Shown here piece after piece: positions 46,405 to 59,975 of a stretch of 64,000 nucleotides of DNA (positions within the stretch are counted from its first letter, which is position 1; each line of letters opens with the position of its first letter). The translations under genes were made by a program, and so were the position numbers. Source of the stretch: Mobula hypostoma (taxonomy: Eukaryota); NCBI RefSeq assembly GCF_963921235.1, contig NC_086108.1, forward strand, positions 40,178,001 to 40,242,000. The letters run 5' to 3'. The notes beneath the pieces were generated by a model. It did no database searches, had not been told where the DNA came from, and saw nothing but the letters and a program-made list of their open reading frames with translations.

Positions 46405-49400
46405 TCAACAAGTCTCTATCAGTCTCTCTGTGGGTTTACGAACATGAGTAGACCTTCTAAGTGGTACACAGAGATCTTGTGTTTCCTTGTTATTATTTTC
46501 ATGTTTTGTCTCGTCTCCATCAGTTAACTGAGTCTCTGAAGTTGGCTCTTTCTTGAGGTCTTTGTGATTTCTTCTTACCACTGCTCCCTCCTCTGTTTGG
46601 ACCACATATGATCAGGGTTGTACTTCAAGTACTGTAGCTTTCTGTGTCTATGTGTCCATTTTGTCTTGTATCCTCACTTCATCTCCCTGATGCAGTTCAG
46701 GTAACGGTTGAGAACTTCTATCAAAATATATTTTCTGCTTTGTTTTGTGTTCATCTTTCCATCTTTTCACTTGTTCACCTTCCTCTGTTCTCAGAAGGCT
46801 CTCATCCCTTGGCAGATTAAATCTCAAACGTCGTCCCATCAAGAGCTGAGCAGGCAAAAATCCACATTCAAGTGGAGTACTGCAGTAGGCTAACAAGTTT
46901 TTATAAAAATCACTTCCACTATCTTTTGCTTTGTGCATCAGTTTCTTGACAATTCCTACCGATTTCTCAACTAATCCATTAGACTGAGGGAAAAATGGAC
47001 TAGATGTTGTATGAACAAAGCCCCATTCACAAGCAAAATGTTTCATGCATTCACTACTGAATTGTGGACCGTTGTCTGTGAAAAATTCATCAGGTACACC
47101 ATGTCTTGAAAAATACGATTTCATGCGTGTAATTACATTTTCTGCAGTCGTTCTGCCAGACAACACACTTCAGGATACAGTGAGTAGTAATCTGTTATTA
47201 ATAGATAGTCTTTGTAGTTAGTTATAAGAAGATCAATGCCTACCTTCTGATAAGATCTCTGAAGATTTGGATGTGGATGCAGTGGCTTCTTAGGGTTGCT
47301 AGGTTGGTACTTAAGGCATATTTGACAAGAAGACACCAATCCTGCAATCTCTTGATTCATCCTGGGCCAAAACATCACTTCCCATGCCCTTCTCTTACAT
47401 TTTTCAATGCCTAGGTGGCCTTCATGAATTTTAGCAAGCATTTCTTTATGGAGACTTTTAGGTATAACAATTCTACTACCTTTGTACAATACCCAATCCA
47501 CAACAGACAGTTCTGATCTGTGGTTCCAATAATCTTGTACTACTGAGGTACAGACTTGCCTAGTATCTGGCCATCCATCCAACACCACTTGTATTACCTG
47601 ATTGAGAAATTTGTCCTTCTCTGTCTCAAGACGCAGCAGTTCCAACTTTTTGGGAGCAACAGGTACAGTTTCTATGACCATATCAATAAATACCTGAACA
47701 TCAATAACGTTCCTGTGGCTGTCTTATGTTGTTGGATCCACAGCTCTGGAAAGTGTGTCAGCTGTGTACATGAATTTTCCAGGTGTGTATAACACATTCA
47801 ACAGATATCTTTGCAATTTGATCATCATTTGCTGAATTCGCAAAGGACTGTCGCTTAAAGGTTTGTTAAACAATGCAATCAACGGCTTATGATCGGTTTC
47901 AACATCAATAGATTGCCCTGACACAAACTGATGAAATCTCTCACAAGCAAACATAATGCTGAGCAACTCTTTTTCAATTTGGACATACCTTGTTTCTGGA
48001 TCAGATAATGAACGAGATGCGTATGCCAGTGGTAGCCACTCCTGATCATGTTTCTGGAGTAATACTGCCCGTAAGCCTGCCTGAGATGCATCACATGAGA
48101 TTTTGATGGGTCTCTCAGCATCATAAAATTTCAACACAGGTTCTTTTGTGAGTACTTTCTTGGGATTTTTCCATGCCTTCTCCTGTTCATGGTTCCAGCT
48201 CCATTTGTTTCTCTTTTCTGTTAGCTGCTTCAATAGAGCAAGCTGTTCCGAGAGATTGGATATGAATTTTCCCATATAGTTAACCATTCCCATAAACCTC
48301 TGAACATCCTTTTCACATTGCGGTCTTGGCATGTTCTCAATAGCAGAAACCTTCAATGGATCAGGACACACACCCTCTTTGCTGATGATATCACCCACAA
48401 ATGTAAGTTCAGTCACTCCTAGCTGACATCTGTCTTTATTCAATTTCAGGTTAGCCTTGCATGTTGCGTCAGAGGCTTGTCTGAGCCTGGTGTCATGCTC
48501 TTGTTTAGTCGATCCCCAAATAATAATATCATCCATGGATGTATCTATGCCCTCAATATGCTCATATAACATGTGAATGGTTTTATGGTACACTTCAGGA
48601 GCTGATGAAATTCCAAAAGGGAGCCTAAGAAAACAGTATCTGGCAAAAGGAGTGTTAAAGGTACACAATTCTGAACTCAGTTCATCTAATTTGAGTTGCC
48701 AGAATCCAGAGGATGTATCTAATTTACTAAAATACCTTGCATTAGCAAACTGTGATATCATTTCTTCATGAGTAGGCAATTTGAGATGCTCTCTTTTAAT
48801 GGCCCGATTCAAGTCTCTTGGGTCTAAACAAATCTTTATTTTTCTATTTTTCTTATCAACAATGACAAGCGAATTGACCCATTAATTTGGTTCATCAATT
48901 TTTTTTTATGACTCCAAGCCTTTCCATTCTGTCTAGCTCCGTTTTTAGTTGATGACGTAATGCAAAATGTACTTTTCTGCACTGATGTATTACCAGTTGC
49001 ACTGTATAGTCAATTTTAATCGAGTTCTCTTCTGAAGATAACCAAGCCCTTTAAACAAGTCTTCATACTCTTTCATCAAGTCACTGTGTTCTGACTCTGT
49101 GTCGTTATACAGGACTAAAATTCTTCTCACCAAATTAAATCTTTCATAGGTAGATAAACCCTGTACATTGACTGTACATTTTTTGGCACGACCGCAAATG
49201 AAAGCGTATGCATAATATTTTTGTGTAATACCTTTGCCACGCATGTTCCTTTAACTGAAATGTCTGCACTTGAATACCCAGTCACTTTTATATTTGTCTG
49301 ATGTAACTTCAGTCTTGGCTTTAAAGCATTAAACTCAGATTCTGCAAGAACATTTACTTGCGCTCCAGTATCAAGTTTAAACAGAATATTGTTTTGACTC

Positions 49401-50280
49401 ACTTGCAACGGAATAGTCCAGTCATTCTTACTTTGTTTATTTTCACAAAGCACATCTATATAAAATTCCTAACGTTCATCTTCAAGCACAGCATTTATTT
49501 GTTTCATTTTATTTTCCTTCTTTCTACTTTTACAACAGCGTGAAAAATGATTAATCTTACCGCAGCCATTGCAAATTTTGCCATGTGTGGGACACTGATT
49601 AAGATGATGTTTCTGCGCACAGCGATCACATAACTTTTTTCTTTCCAATGCCGTCTTGCTCTCTGTTGGTTTCATTGACGTATTATTACATTTCTTAATG
49701 TTTTCGCGCTTTTTTACAGCGTTTACAGTTGCAGTTTTTGACAAAAAGCTCTTCAGCCTGCAATGTTACGGAATCAGAAGCTTTGCAAAGCGCCAAAGCT
49801 TTTTCAAAATTTAAATCTTGCTCTCTCAACAGCCTTTCTCCTTCAGAGTATTATCTTGAATGCCACAAACAAGTCTATCTTTAATGAGAGAGTCCGTGAG
49901 CAATCCAAACTCGCATGTTCTACTACGCTTTCTTAATTCAGTAACATACTGATCAATTGTTTCAGCTGCTCTCTGCACACGTGTGAAGAATTTATATTGC
50001 TCATACGTTAAATTACGCTTAGGTATGCAAAATACTTCCAATCTGTCCATAATCGACTTTAAATCGAAATTTTCTCCATCTTCAAAGACAAACTTATTAT
50101 ATACCTCTACTGCATCATTCCCGATTACATGGAGCAAAAGTGCAGCTTTGGTTTTTTTCAGATTTTTCTTCATAATCGATCGCTGATAAGTACAGTTCAA
50201 ACTGTTGCTTGAATATCCTCCAAATCTCAGCTACATTGCCAGTCAGCTGAAGTTTTGGTGGGAGTTGTAAACCTTCCATT
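46405..50280 (-). pseudogene. Gypsy B gag-pol with stops and frameshifts
   Basis: Gag (KAALLLHVIG, LIKDRLVCGI), two CCHC-like knuckles, protease FKLDTGAQVN, RT (FSKLD..SGFWQ, RLPFGI, SMDD), RNase H (CDAS, EKELL, TDHKPL), integrase (HEGHLG..CQIC, TDNGPQF, SNGLVEK). Confidence 0.92.
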
Positions 50281-50375
50281 TTACTGTTTACAGTTCAAAT
50301 TTTTTTCTTCTTCTCTTTTTTTTTCAATTATCTTCGATTCTCGATTCTGGATTCTCCCATATTATTCTTCCAGAA

Positions 50376-50390
50376 CCACTTCTGACACCA
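50376..50390 (-). promoter_or_regulatory. Primer-binding site, tRNA-Leu type
   Basis: TGGTGTCAGAAGTGG directly after the 5' LTR, complementary to the vertebrate tRNA-Leu 3' end ...CCACTTCTGACACCA. Confidence 0.8.
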
Positions 50391-50589
50391 TGTTATGTTA
50401 CTTCTGTTTAAACGTACTGTGGATTAACAATAAAGAATCATATTCTGGAAGAGTTAGAGAACTTTTTTCTACAGTAATAAACAAACACGTCTTAACCCAG
50501 CCACGTGCTGGAACATTCTGCAATTCCGCACATGCTCAGTGCTCTGTCCAATCATGTACTGTCACATCATTGCACGTGATATCACCACA
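50391..50589 (-). repeat. 5' LTR of Gypsy B
   Basis: TG...CA ends; direct repeat of 45176-45367. Confidence 0.92.
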
Positions 50590-50628
50590 GTAGTGGTGAT
50601 CAGAAGTAGCATGGGGAAGGATAGAAAG

Positions 50629-51197
50629 TACACTCTGTGGCGACTCTAGCAGATACTTCCTGTACTTATTAAGTGGCTACTGAAGGTATTTCTGCACGTT
50701 CATGGCCTCCTGCTGTTGTAGCCCATCCACTTCAAGGTTCAATGTTTTGTGCATTCAGTGATGCTCTTCTGCACACCACTGTTGTAAAGCTTGGCTATTT
50801 GAGTTACTGTCCCCTTCCTGTCTGCTTGAAACAGTCTGGCCATTCTCCTCTGACGCCTCTCTCATTAGCAAGGTGTTTTTGCCCACTGAACTGCTGCTCA
50901 CTGGAAGTTTATTGTTTTTCCACACCATTCTTTGTAAACTCTAGAATCTAGCGACTGATGTGGATGAAAACCCGAGGAGATCAGCAGTTTCTGAGATGCT
51001 CAAACCACCCCATCTGGCACAAAGTTATTCCACAGTCGAAGTTCCCCATTCCTTTCCCATTCTGATGTTTAGTTTGAACATAACTGAACTGCTTGTCCAT
51101 GTCTGCATGCTTTTATGTATTGAGTTGCTGCCACATGAGATATTTGCATTAATGAGCAGATGTACAGGTGTATCAAATAAAGTGGACACTGACTGAA
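50629..51197 (-). mobile_element. Non-autonomous Tc1-like element
   Basis: Homologous throughout to 8196-8692 + 13169-13201; degenerate TIRs. Confidence 0.75.
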
Positions 51198-51509
51198 CGA
51201 TGTGAATGCTAAACATCTACTTAAAATGCTGGGAAAATGGGATCTCTCATGAAGTATTTTGCTTCACAGAACTAATGACGATAGATATTGCTAGCATTCA
51301 TATGCTAAATTCCATATGCTAAATAGCACCGATCACAAATAGAAGACACTCTTGAGTGATTGTAAAACTTCAGGTCAGTCAGATCAGTCCATGTGAGCTT
51401 TCTCCCTTGCCTCACTGCAGTACATTGCTTTATCCTTCATTTACTTATCCAGCTTCTCTGTGAATGCTAGTTTGAGATGATGCTACTGAAGGCATGTAAC
51501 AGCTTACTG

Positions 51510-52304
51510 GTAGTTCAAAAGCAAATAAGTTGAATCAAAAACATTACTAATAATACTTTCTTTGAAGTAAATTGGTGTAAACTATCACTGCAAACAATAA
51601 AGAGGCGAGCGAAGACAAAGCAAATTCGAGAGATGCCCTGCTGGTGCGCTGCAAAATCGACACGGTTGGAGCTGGAGCTGGCTGGAGTGAATGATTCAGA
51701 GAGCAGAAGATGAGGCAGAGAAGTTCTGATGCCCGTCCAACTAACTTGGGCGCTGAGCCAATTTGGAAGGGTCAAGAAAGGCTTCTTCAGCAGTGAAATC
51801 TAGGCCCAAAGTGAATCACAGGGCAGTGTGTACTAGACCCTAAGTGATTCACTGTGGTGCAGCCCGGTTCCTAATGCGAGGCAAAGTCTGCTGGTTGGAC
51901 TATTTAAATGCTGGCCCACATAAACTGGAAAGGCAGGGTGCTGAGAGCCAGGCAAGGTAGGATCGCTCAAAGCGTTGAGCCGATTTGGAGAGGTCGAGGA
52001 TGGCTTCTTCAGCAGCGAAATCTAGGACTGGAGTGATTAGCCGTGGCGGAGCCTGGGTCCTAATGCTAAGTACGATTCGCTGCTTGGACAATTTAAACGA
52101 CGACCCAGAGAGACTTGGAGCTCCTCTCTCTGCGGCGCTAAGGTAGTGAGATTGCCCCTGGCTGCTGTGCTGTGTGTCTGCGAACTTCGCGGCAATTTGC
52201 CCCACTAATATGGTGAACTGAATACCGAGGCTTTGGGCCTACTCCGGGTGTGTGGATGGATCTAAGGTTTGGTTCGGAATGTTTTGTTGTTGCTTGCTTA
52301 TTGG
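51510..52304 (+). mobile_element. GC-rich non-autonomous retroposon with internal duplications (tail resumes 53641-53822)
   Basis: Internal repeat gagcc.atttgga..ggtc.ag..ggcttcttcagcag.gaaatctagg at about 51756 and 51978; Rex-like tail after the inserted LINE. Confidence 0.5.
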
Positions 52305-53640
52305 TACTAGAACGTACAATGATCACAGCGATATTTGATTCTGCGCTTCACACTCCCTGGATTACAAATAGTAAATATAAAAAATTTAAATTATAAATCA
52401 TAAATAGAAAATAGAAAAATGGGAAGTAAGGTAGTGCAAAAAAACTGAGAGGCAGGTTCGGATATTTGGAGGATACGGCCCAGATCCGGGTCAGGATCCA
52501 TTCAGCAGTCTTATCGCAGTTGGAAAGAAGCTGTTCCCAAATCTGGCTGTACGAGTCTTCAAGCTCCTGAACCTTCTCCCGGAGGGAAGAGGGACGAAAA
52601 GTCTGTTGGCTGGATGGTTCGTGTCCTTGATTATCCTGGCAGCACTGCTCCGACAGCGTGCGGTGTAAAGTGAGTCCACAGACGGAACATTGGTTTGTGT
52701 GATGTGCTGCGCTGTGTTCACGATCTTTTGCAGCTTCTTTCGGTCTTGGACAGGACAACTTCCATACCAGGTTGTGATGTACCCTAGAAGAATGCTTTCT
52801 ACGGTGCATCTATAAAAATTAGTGATGGTTTTAGGGGACAGGCCAAATTTCTTTAGTTTTCTCAGGAAGTAAAGGCGCTGGTGAGCCTTCTTGGCATTGA
52901 ACTCTGCTTGATTGGACCAAGTCAGGTCGTTTGTGATATTGACCCCGAGGAACTTAAAGCTTTTGACCTGTTCCACTTGTGCACCACTGATGTAAATTGG
53001 GTCGTGTGGTCCGCTACTCCTTCTGAAGTCAACAACCAATTCCTTCGTCTTGCTGACATTGAGGGATAGGTTATTGTCTTCACACCATGCCACCAGGTTC
53101 TTAATTTCCTCTCTGTACTCAAACTCATCATTACCCAAGATACGGCCTACAATTGTTGCAAACTTATTTATTGAGTTTGATGGAAACTTGACTACACAAT
53201 CATGGGTGTACAGTGAGTACAGCAAGGGGCTGAGTACACAGCCTTGTGGGGCACCGGTGCTCAGAGTGATTGTAGAGGAGAGCTTGTCCCCTATTTTTAC
53301 AGCCTGGGTCCTGTCTGTGAGGAAGTTGAAGATCCAGCTGCAGAGCTGAGTGCTAAGGCCCAGGTTCCGGAGCTTAGGAATCAGTTTATTTGGAATGATG
53401 GTATTAAAGGCAGAGCTGTAGTCAATGAAAAGGAGCCTTATGTATGCGTCTTTATTCTCCAGGTGTTCTAAGGAGGAATGTAGGGCCAGAGAGATGGCAT
53501 CTGCTGTTGACCTGTTGCTCCGGTAGGCGAATTGCAAAGCGTCGAGGTTGACCAGTAGGCTGTGATTGATGTGTGCCAAAACCAATCTCTCGAAGCACTT
53601 CATAGCAATTGATGTCAGAGCCACAGGTCGATAGTCGTTC
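52305..53640 (-). mobile_element. Rex1/Babar LINE, 5'-truncated, young copy
   Basis: Open 377-aa frame plus complete 3'UTR. Confidence 0.9.
52491..53624 (-). pseudogene. Rex/Babar reverse transcriptase lacking the catalytic DD
   Basis: [26 protein letters not shown] and [17 protein letters not shown] present; KFA-TIVG instead of KFADDTTIVG. Confidence 0.85.
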
Positions 53641-54092
53641 TATTTATTGTTTTTATTGTTTGCATGATTTGTGCTTTTTTCTCTTTCTCTGTATGCTTTG
53701 GTGTCGGTCTATTTTTGAAAACTGGGTTCTTTCGGGTTTCTTGCTTTACGGCGACCTGTAAGCAAATAAATCTCAAAGTTGTATAATTTATACACTCTTT
53801 GATCATAAATGTACTTTGAATTGCTTTGAGTGCCTCACCTTTGGTTGCATGTGTATCCTGAACTTCCTGACTTTTATGAGAAGGAGGGTCAGGAATGTAA
53901 TGATGTGTAAACATACCAGATATTAACATTTTTTCTATAAAATTGTTTTAGAGTCATAGAGAAGCTCAGCATAGAAAGAGGCTCTTTAGCTACCAAGTCT
54001 ACACTGAATGTCTTATATTAATTTCATTGTTAAAAATACTCCCCATATTCTTACCAACATCTGTTATTAAACAGTATGTGTAAAGACCTACC

Positions 54093-54878
54093 ACAATGAA
54101 CCACTTCACACTTATCTGGGTTGAACTTCATCTGCTACTTCTCAGCCTAGTTCTGCATCCTATCGACGTCCTGCTGTAACCTCTGACAAGCCTCCAGACT
54201 ATCCACAACATCCCCAATTTTTGTGTCATCAGCAAACTTATAACCTACTCTTCTACAACCTCATCCAGATCATTTATAAAAATCACAAAGAGGAGGGGTC
54301 CCAGAACAGATCCTTGTGGAACACCACTAGAATACAAGCCATCTACAACCACCCTTTGCCTTCTGTGGGCAAGCCAATTCTGGATCCACAAAGCAAGGTC
54401 TCCTTGGATCCCATGCCTCCCTACTTTCTGAATGAGCCTTGCATGGGGAACCTTATCAAATGCCTTACTGAAATCCATATACACTACATCAACTGCTCTA
54501 ACTTTATCAATGTGTTTAATTACATCCTCAAATAATTCAATTAGGCTTGTAAGGCACAACCTGCCCTTGACAAGCCATACTGACTATCCCTAATCAGATT
54601 ATGTCTCTACAAATGCTCATAAATCCTGCCTCTCAGGATCTTCTCCAACAACTTGCTGACCACTGAAGTAAGACTCACTGGGCTGTAATTTCCTGGGTTA
54701 ACTTTACTCCCTTTCTTGAAGAAGGGAATAGCATTTGCAACCTTTCAACCCTTTGGTACTTCTCCCATCTCTGTTGATGATGGGACGATCATCACTAGAG
54801 GCTCAGTAATCTCCTCCCTTGCTTGCCACGGTAGCCTGGGATATATCTTGTCCAGTCCCAGTGACTTATCTAACTTAG
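54093..54878 (-). mobile_element. CR1 RT fragment (copy of 62780-63560)
   Basis: CLTSLIELFE, VVYMDFSKAFDKVPH, GVPQGSVLGP. Confidence 0.88.
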
Positions 54879-55866
54879 TACACTGCAATTTTTTACCATT
54901 CTTTGTAAAACTGCTCAAGCACTGCAAGGTAGCATGGGGATCATGAGTGAACAGCCCTTTTCAAGTCCGGCCACAAATTCTCAATTGGATTGAAGACCGG
55001 ACACTGACTTGGCCACTCCAGGAAATTAACTTTGTTGTTTTTATGCCACCTCTGTGTAGCTTAGGCTTTGTGTTTGGTGTCATTGTCCTGCTGGAAAACT
55101 AATTTTCTCCCGAGTTGCAGTTCTCTTGCAGACTGCATCAAGTTTACCTCCAAGGTCCCCCTGTATTTTGCTGTATTCATTTTAACCTCTACCTTCACAA
55201 GCATTCCAGGTTCTGCTGTGGTGAAGCATTCCTTCTGCATAATGCTGTCACCACAATGTTTCACGGTAGGGATAGTGTGTTTTTTATGATATGTATTGCT
55301 TGGCTTACACCAAAGGTAGCAATTAATCTGATAGCCAAAAAGCTGAATTTTGATTTTAGCTGCCTTCAGAGGCTACTACATGCCTTCCAGCAAACTTTAG
55401 CTGAGATTTCATGTGAGTTTTTTTTTTCCAACAGTGGCTTTCTCTTTGCCACTTTCCCATAAAGCTGAGACTGGTGAAGCACCTGAGTCACAGATGTCGT
55501 AAGTTCAGGCTCTCCAGTCTCAGCCACTGAAGCTTGTAACTTCTTCAGAGCTGTCATAGGTCTCTTGGTGGTCTCACTCACTCGTACCCTTCTTGCATAG
55601 TCACTTTGTTTTTGAGGATGGCTTGCTCTAGGCAGATTTACATATTCTTTCCAGTTCTTAGATTGACTTAACTGTACTCCAAGGATACTCACCAGCAGTT
55701 GGACCTTCCAAATACAGGTGTATTTTTACTACAATCAATTGAAACACCTTGACTACACACAGGGCTCCAAAAACAGATCTCCATTTAACTAATTATGTGA
55801 CTTCAGAAACCAATTGGCTGCATCAGTGAAGATTTGGTGTGTCATATTAAAGCGGGGGGGGGGTGG
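54879..55866 (-). mobile_element. Tc1/mariner transposon remnant
   Basis: VAKRKPLL, KHCGDSIM, FQQDNDTKH motifs on the minus strand. Confidence 0.85.
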
Positions 55867-55869
55867 CAG

Positions 55870-57010
55870 AGGGCGTATCCATCTAATGCAGGATGGCACT
55901 TCCATTGTATCCTGGATAATGGATTACCTGACAGGTAGACCACAGTTTGTGCAGCTTCAGAGCTGTGTGTCAGACATAGCTAAAAGCAGCACTGGGGCCT
56001 CACAGGGGACTGTATTGGCTCCCTTCCTGTTTACTCTGTATACCTCAGACTTTAGATACAACACTGAGTCATGTCATCTGCAGAAATTTTCTGATGACTC
56101 AATAATAGTTTGGTGTATAAAGGGAGTGCAACAGCTCGCTCTCCATGTTGTACTGCCCAGGCTTGTGCATCTAGACAGCTTGGATGCAATATCCATGGTC
56201 AATGCTGACCAATGGAGGCCCTCATATAAAGAGAGGACAAGAGGATGACATCAAAGCCCTGGTGGAAGACTTTGTCCAGTGGTGCAAACTGAACCATTTG
56301 CAGCTCAACATCAATAAGGCAAAGGAGATGGTGATGCACTTTAGGAAGACTAGACCTGCACTGCTCCCTGATACTACTGATGGTGAGAATGTAGATGTGG
56401 TGAGGACCTACACATACCTGGAGCTGCACCTGGATGACAGACTTGAGTGGAGCACCACAGAGGCTGAGCACAAGAAGGGCCAGGGTTGTCTCTACTTCCG
56501 GAGGAAGCTGAGGTCCTTTGGAGTATACAGGCCTCTCCTTCACATGGTTTACCAGTCTGCTGTCACCAATACGATCTTCTGTGCAGTGGTGTGTTGGGGC
56601 AATGGCATCAGCACAGGTGATGCCAACAGTATCAATAAACTGATTAGAAAGGCTGACTCTGTTATAGGAGTCAAACTCTGGAGACCGCGGTAGATCAAAA
56701 GACCCTATGGAAAATCTTGGGAATTCTGGACCATGCTTCTCATCCTCTGCATGCCACCTTGGCATAACAGAGGAGCACTTTTTGTAATCGACTAAGACAA
56801 CAGCACTGCTCCAAAGAGTGCTCTATGAGGTCATTCTTACCCTCAGCCATTAAGCTCCATAGTGAGTCAACCTATAGCGGGTAAGTGATGCCCCCCCCCC
56901 CGCCGTTAGACTTAATTTTGATTCTTACTTGTCTTCTAATATTTGTAATGCTACTGTGACACTGTAATTTCCTTTAGGATCAATAAAGTATCTATCTATC
57001 TTATCTTATC
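55870..57010 (+). mobile_element. Rex1/Babar LINE 3' portion with ~100-bp insertion (56127-56224)
   Basis: WIMDYLTGRPQFV, GASQGTVLAPFLFTLYT, QKFSDDS, LQLNINKAKEMV; tail ggatcaataaagtatctatc; insertion flanked by TATAAAG(G/A)GAG. Confidence 0.85.
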
Positions 57011-57889
57011 CCCAGACTTGCATCATGACAAAGGTCATCAGGGTGTGGAGCCAAATTACCTAAAGTCTAGCTAGTTGAGACGCTGCCACACCTCACGACT
57101 CATCTCCCTGGAGTGGGGGAGTCAACACATTCCACTCTCTGCATCTGGTACTGATGAGCAGATCTGGACAGCATGTGAAATTTGCCTGGTGTCTTGTCAA
57201 ATTTCCTTCTGCAGACAGCAAAAAGAAACAATCCTGCCCAATTTTCAGCTATGTTCCCAGTGCGAATTGGTAGACTTCTCTGAGTAAAGGTGGCTATCAC
57301 ATTTGCAGAAAAGTGTCCTCTTCAAAATTAATGTCCCTAGTGCTTTGCTTCTTTAGGTTGTCAGTAAGATCAATAAAATGTTATACAAGTTCAAAGTGAT
57401 GCTGCAGTGGACAATGGGTTACATTCAATTGTATGTAGTCCGAGCAATCATCTACTCTGGGCGGTTAGGACTGAGGAATTTTAGGTAAGAACATTGGGCA
57501 GTAAGGGAGGGAGGGTCATTAGCCATCATCTTACATGACTGATGCTGAAGAGCATCAAAGAGAAAGGAACCAGCAGGACAACCTGTTGCCGAGAAGATTG
57601 AAAAAGGCTTGCATGGAATGGAGAGCTGGTGCTCTAACTGGCCTGATTTTGTCCTGTCAAATCAACATTTCGTAAAAGTATTTTGTTTTTGCTCAGATAT
57701 TGTAAAAGCACACCAGATTGAATCTTGCATGATCTGGCAATTGTTTCATATCCACATCTCAACTTCCATAATTATATGTTTATCTCAATTCTTCTCTTGG
57801 GAACTCAGGGATGAAAACTTCCTACCCTGTGTCTCAACAGCAAATAGAGAGAGAATAATATTGTCCACAAAGTAGCTCAGATAGCTTAG

Positions 57890-58432
57890 GGAATTATCTT
57901 ATTATCTGATCTGGACGCATCACTGCTTGGTATGGCAACTACTCTGCCCATGACTCCAAGAAACGGCAGAAAGCTGTGGACACAGCTCAGCACATCATAG
58001 AAACAACCCCCCCCCCATGGACTCTAATGACACTTCTTACTACCTCAGTAAAGGGACCAACATACTTGAAGACCCCACCCATCTCAAAACATTCTTTTTT
58101 TACTATTCCTTAGGACAGAAGATAGAAAGGCCTGAAAACATGTATCACTAGGTTCAAGGACAGCTATTCATCACTATTATAAGACTATTGAATGGTTCTG
58201 TACTATAAGGTAGGCTCATTCTCATAGTCTAACTCATTATGACCTTGCATCTTATTGCATGCCTGCACTGCACTTTCTCCGTAACTGTAACAGTTTGTAT
58301 CCCAGTTCTGTCATTGTTTTACCCTGTACTACCTCAATGCACCATGTAATGAATTGATCTGTATGAACAGATGCAAGTTTTTCTTTCATTGTGCCTTGGT
58401 ACATGTGGCAATAATAAATCAATTTATCAATT
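57890..58432 (+). mobile_element. Rex1/Babar 3' fragment
   Basis: gcatcactgcttggtatggcaact..acacagctcagcacatca..ggttcaaggacagct..agactattgaatgg. Confidence 0.7.
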
Positions 58433-59622
58433 TACTTCATGTAAATTTGAGGTGCCTGTAAAATTTAACTCGTACAATGATAAGTTGGAATAGAGCTGGA
58501 AAAAGTTATTAAAATCTTTGACAAAGAAGAAAATAGCATTGGTAGGTCGGACTACATCATCTGACTCTGTTTTGGTAGATTTTCCTTTAGCAGACTTTCA
58601 CCTTCAGCCAAGTCTCTGCTATTTAAACCAAGGCTATTCAAAATATCAAAATGGGCAGAGGATAGGTCTGCATTCTCTACCATTTTTCTCATGGTATCTC
58701 TATGGGTTTTATCTACATGCTGGGCATTAACAAGGCCATTAAGTGGTGTCAGCTTGGTGGATAAATCAGTAGATAGTAGAATCAAAGTTATTTATGAAAG
58801 AGAAGAAAGTGATATGGCCCATGGTTTTCATCTTAGTAAAAATTGATTTATCTAAGCTATGAGCCAACTTTCTGGCTCTTAGTCCATTATCTTGTAGCTT
58901 AAGGCTCTTGTTCATATGAATATTTTAAATTATCATAGAGTCATACAGAACAGAAACAGGCACTTAAATCTGCAAATTCTGTGCTGACCACCAAACAGCC
59001 ATTTACCCAAATCCCAGTTTATTTCCTCCACGTTACCATGAACTCGTCCAGATTCTACTCCTCACCTACATGTTATTTGCCAACCCAAACCTATAGTTAA
59101 TGCACAAAATCTGCACAGACAGCACTAGAAGTCAGGACTGAACCTGGAGCTGTGAGCCAGTGGATCTATTCAGTGTAGTGTGCGATCATTCTCAGAAACT
59201 GAATTCCAGATGCCTCTTATGATTATAGTTAAAAATAAATTCCGAGTCCTTTCTCAATTCTTTCGACTGATGTGTTTAAAAGAACAGTTCTAAGTAATGA
59301 GCTCTAATCTCCCAATCTAACTGTCTAAGGAGATCTTAACAACTCCGTTCACAATTTTCGTACCAGAGTTAGCAATCTCTTTAGTTTTCTGGTCCCCAAA
59401 AGGAAAAAGGCCATCTTAGAGTCTCCTCATGACAACAATACTCCAGCCCTAACAACTTATATATAATTCAGAACAAGGGGTGAGAAGAAATTAATTTCTC
59501 CGAGAGTGGTAAATTTTTGAAATTGCTTACCCTAGAGGGCTGCAAAGACACAGTTGCTGAGTGCGTTCAAAAATGATTCAACGGGATTTTATATATTAAC
59601 AGATAGAAGGAATATTGAATGA

Positions 59623-59975
59623 GGCAGCACAATGGTGCAGCTAGCAGAGCTGCTGTCTCATAGCCCCAGTGAGCTTGGATTCAATCCTGACCTCAGGCGC
59701 TGGCTGCATGAGATTAGCAGATTCTCTCTGTGTCTACATGCGTTTCCTCAGGGTGCTCCACTTTGCTCCTACATCCGAGAGGTTTGTGGGTTGCTAGGTT
59801 AATAGGTCACTTTGAAATTATCACCAGTGCATAGGTGAGTTTTAGAATCAGGGAGGAAATGGTGATAATGTGGGGAAAATAAGAATGGGATTAATGTATT
59901 ATTGGTGTAAGAAGGTGGTTGATGCAATTGTTGGGGTGAAGGTCCTGTTCTCCACTGTTTGTCTTTATGACTCTG
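59623..59975 (+). mobile_element. HE1/V-SINE-like SINE
   Basis: ggcagcacaatggtgcagc..gagctgctgtctca..ttcaatcctgacctc; homologous to 26795-27150. Confidence 0.7.

Larger units (their letters stand above)
45176..50589 (-). mobile_element. Full-length, decayed Gypsy/Ty3 LTR retrotransposon B
   Basis: LTRs 50391-50589 (5') and 45176-45367 + 46336-46346 (3', interrupted); TSD GTAGT (45171-45175, 50590-50594); PBS 50376-50390; PPT 46347-46359. Confidence 0.95.

Noticed and set aside
50590..50640. Targeting of Gypsy elements to the Tc1-derived repeat
   Set aside because: Gypsy A is inside one copy and Gypsy B is about 40 bp from another, but n=2, the families differ and the repeat appears abundant.
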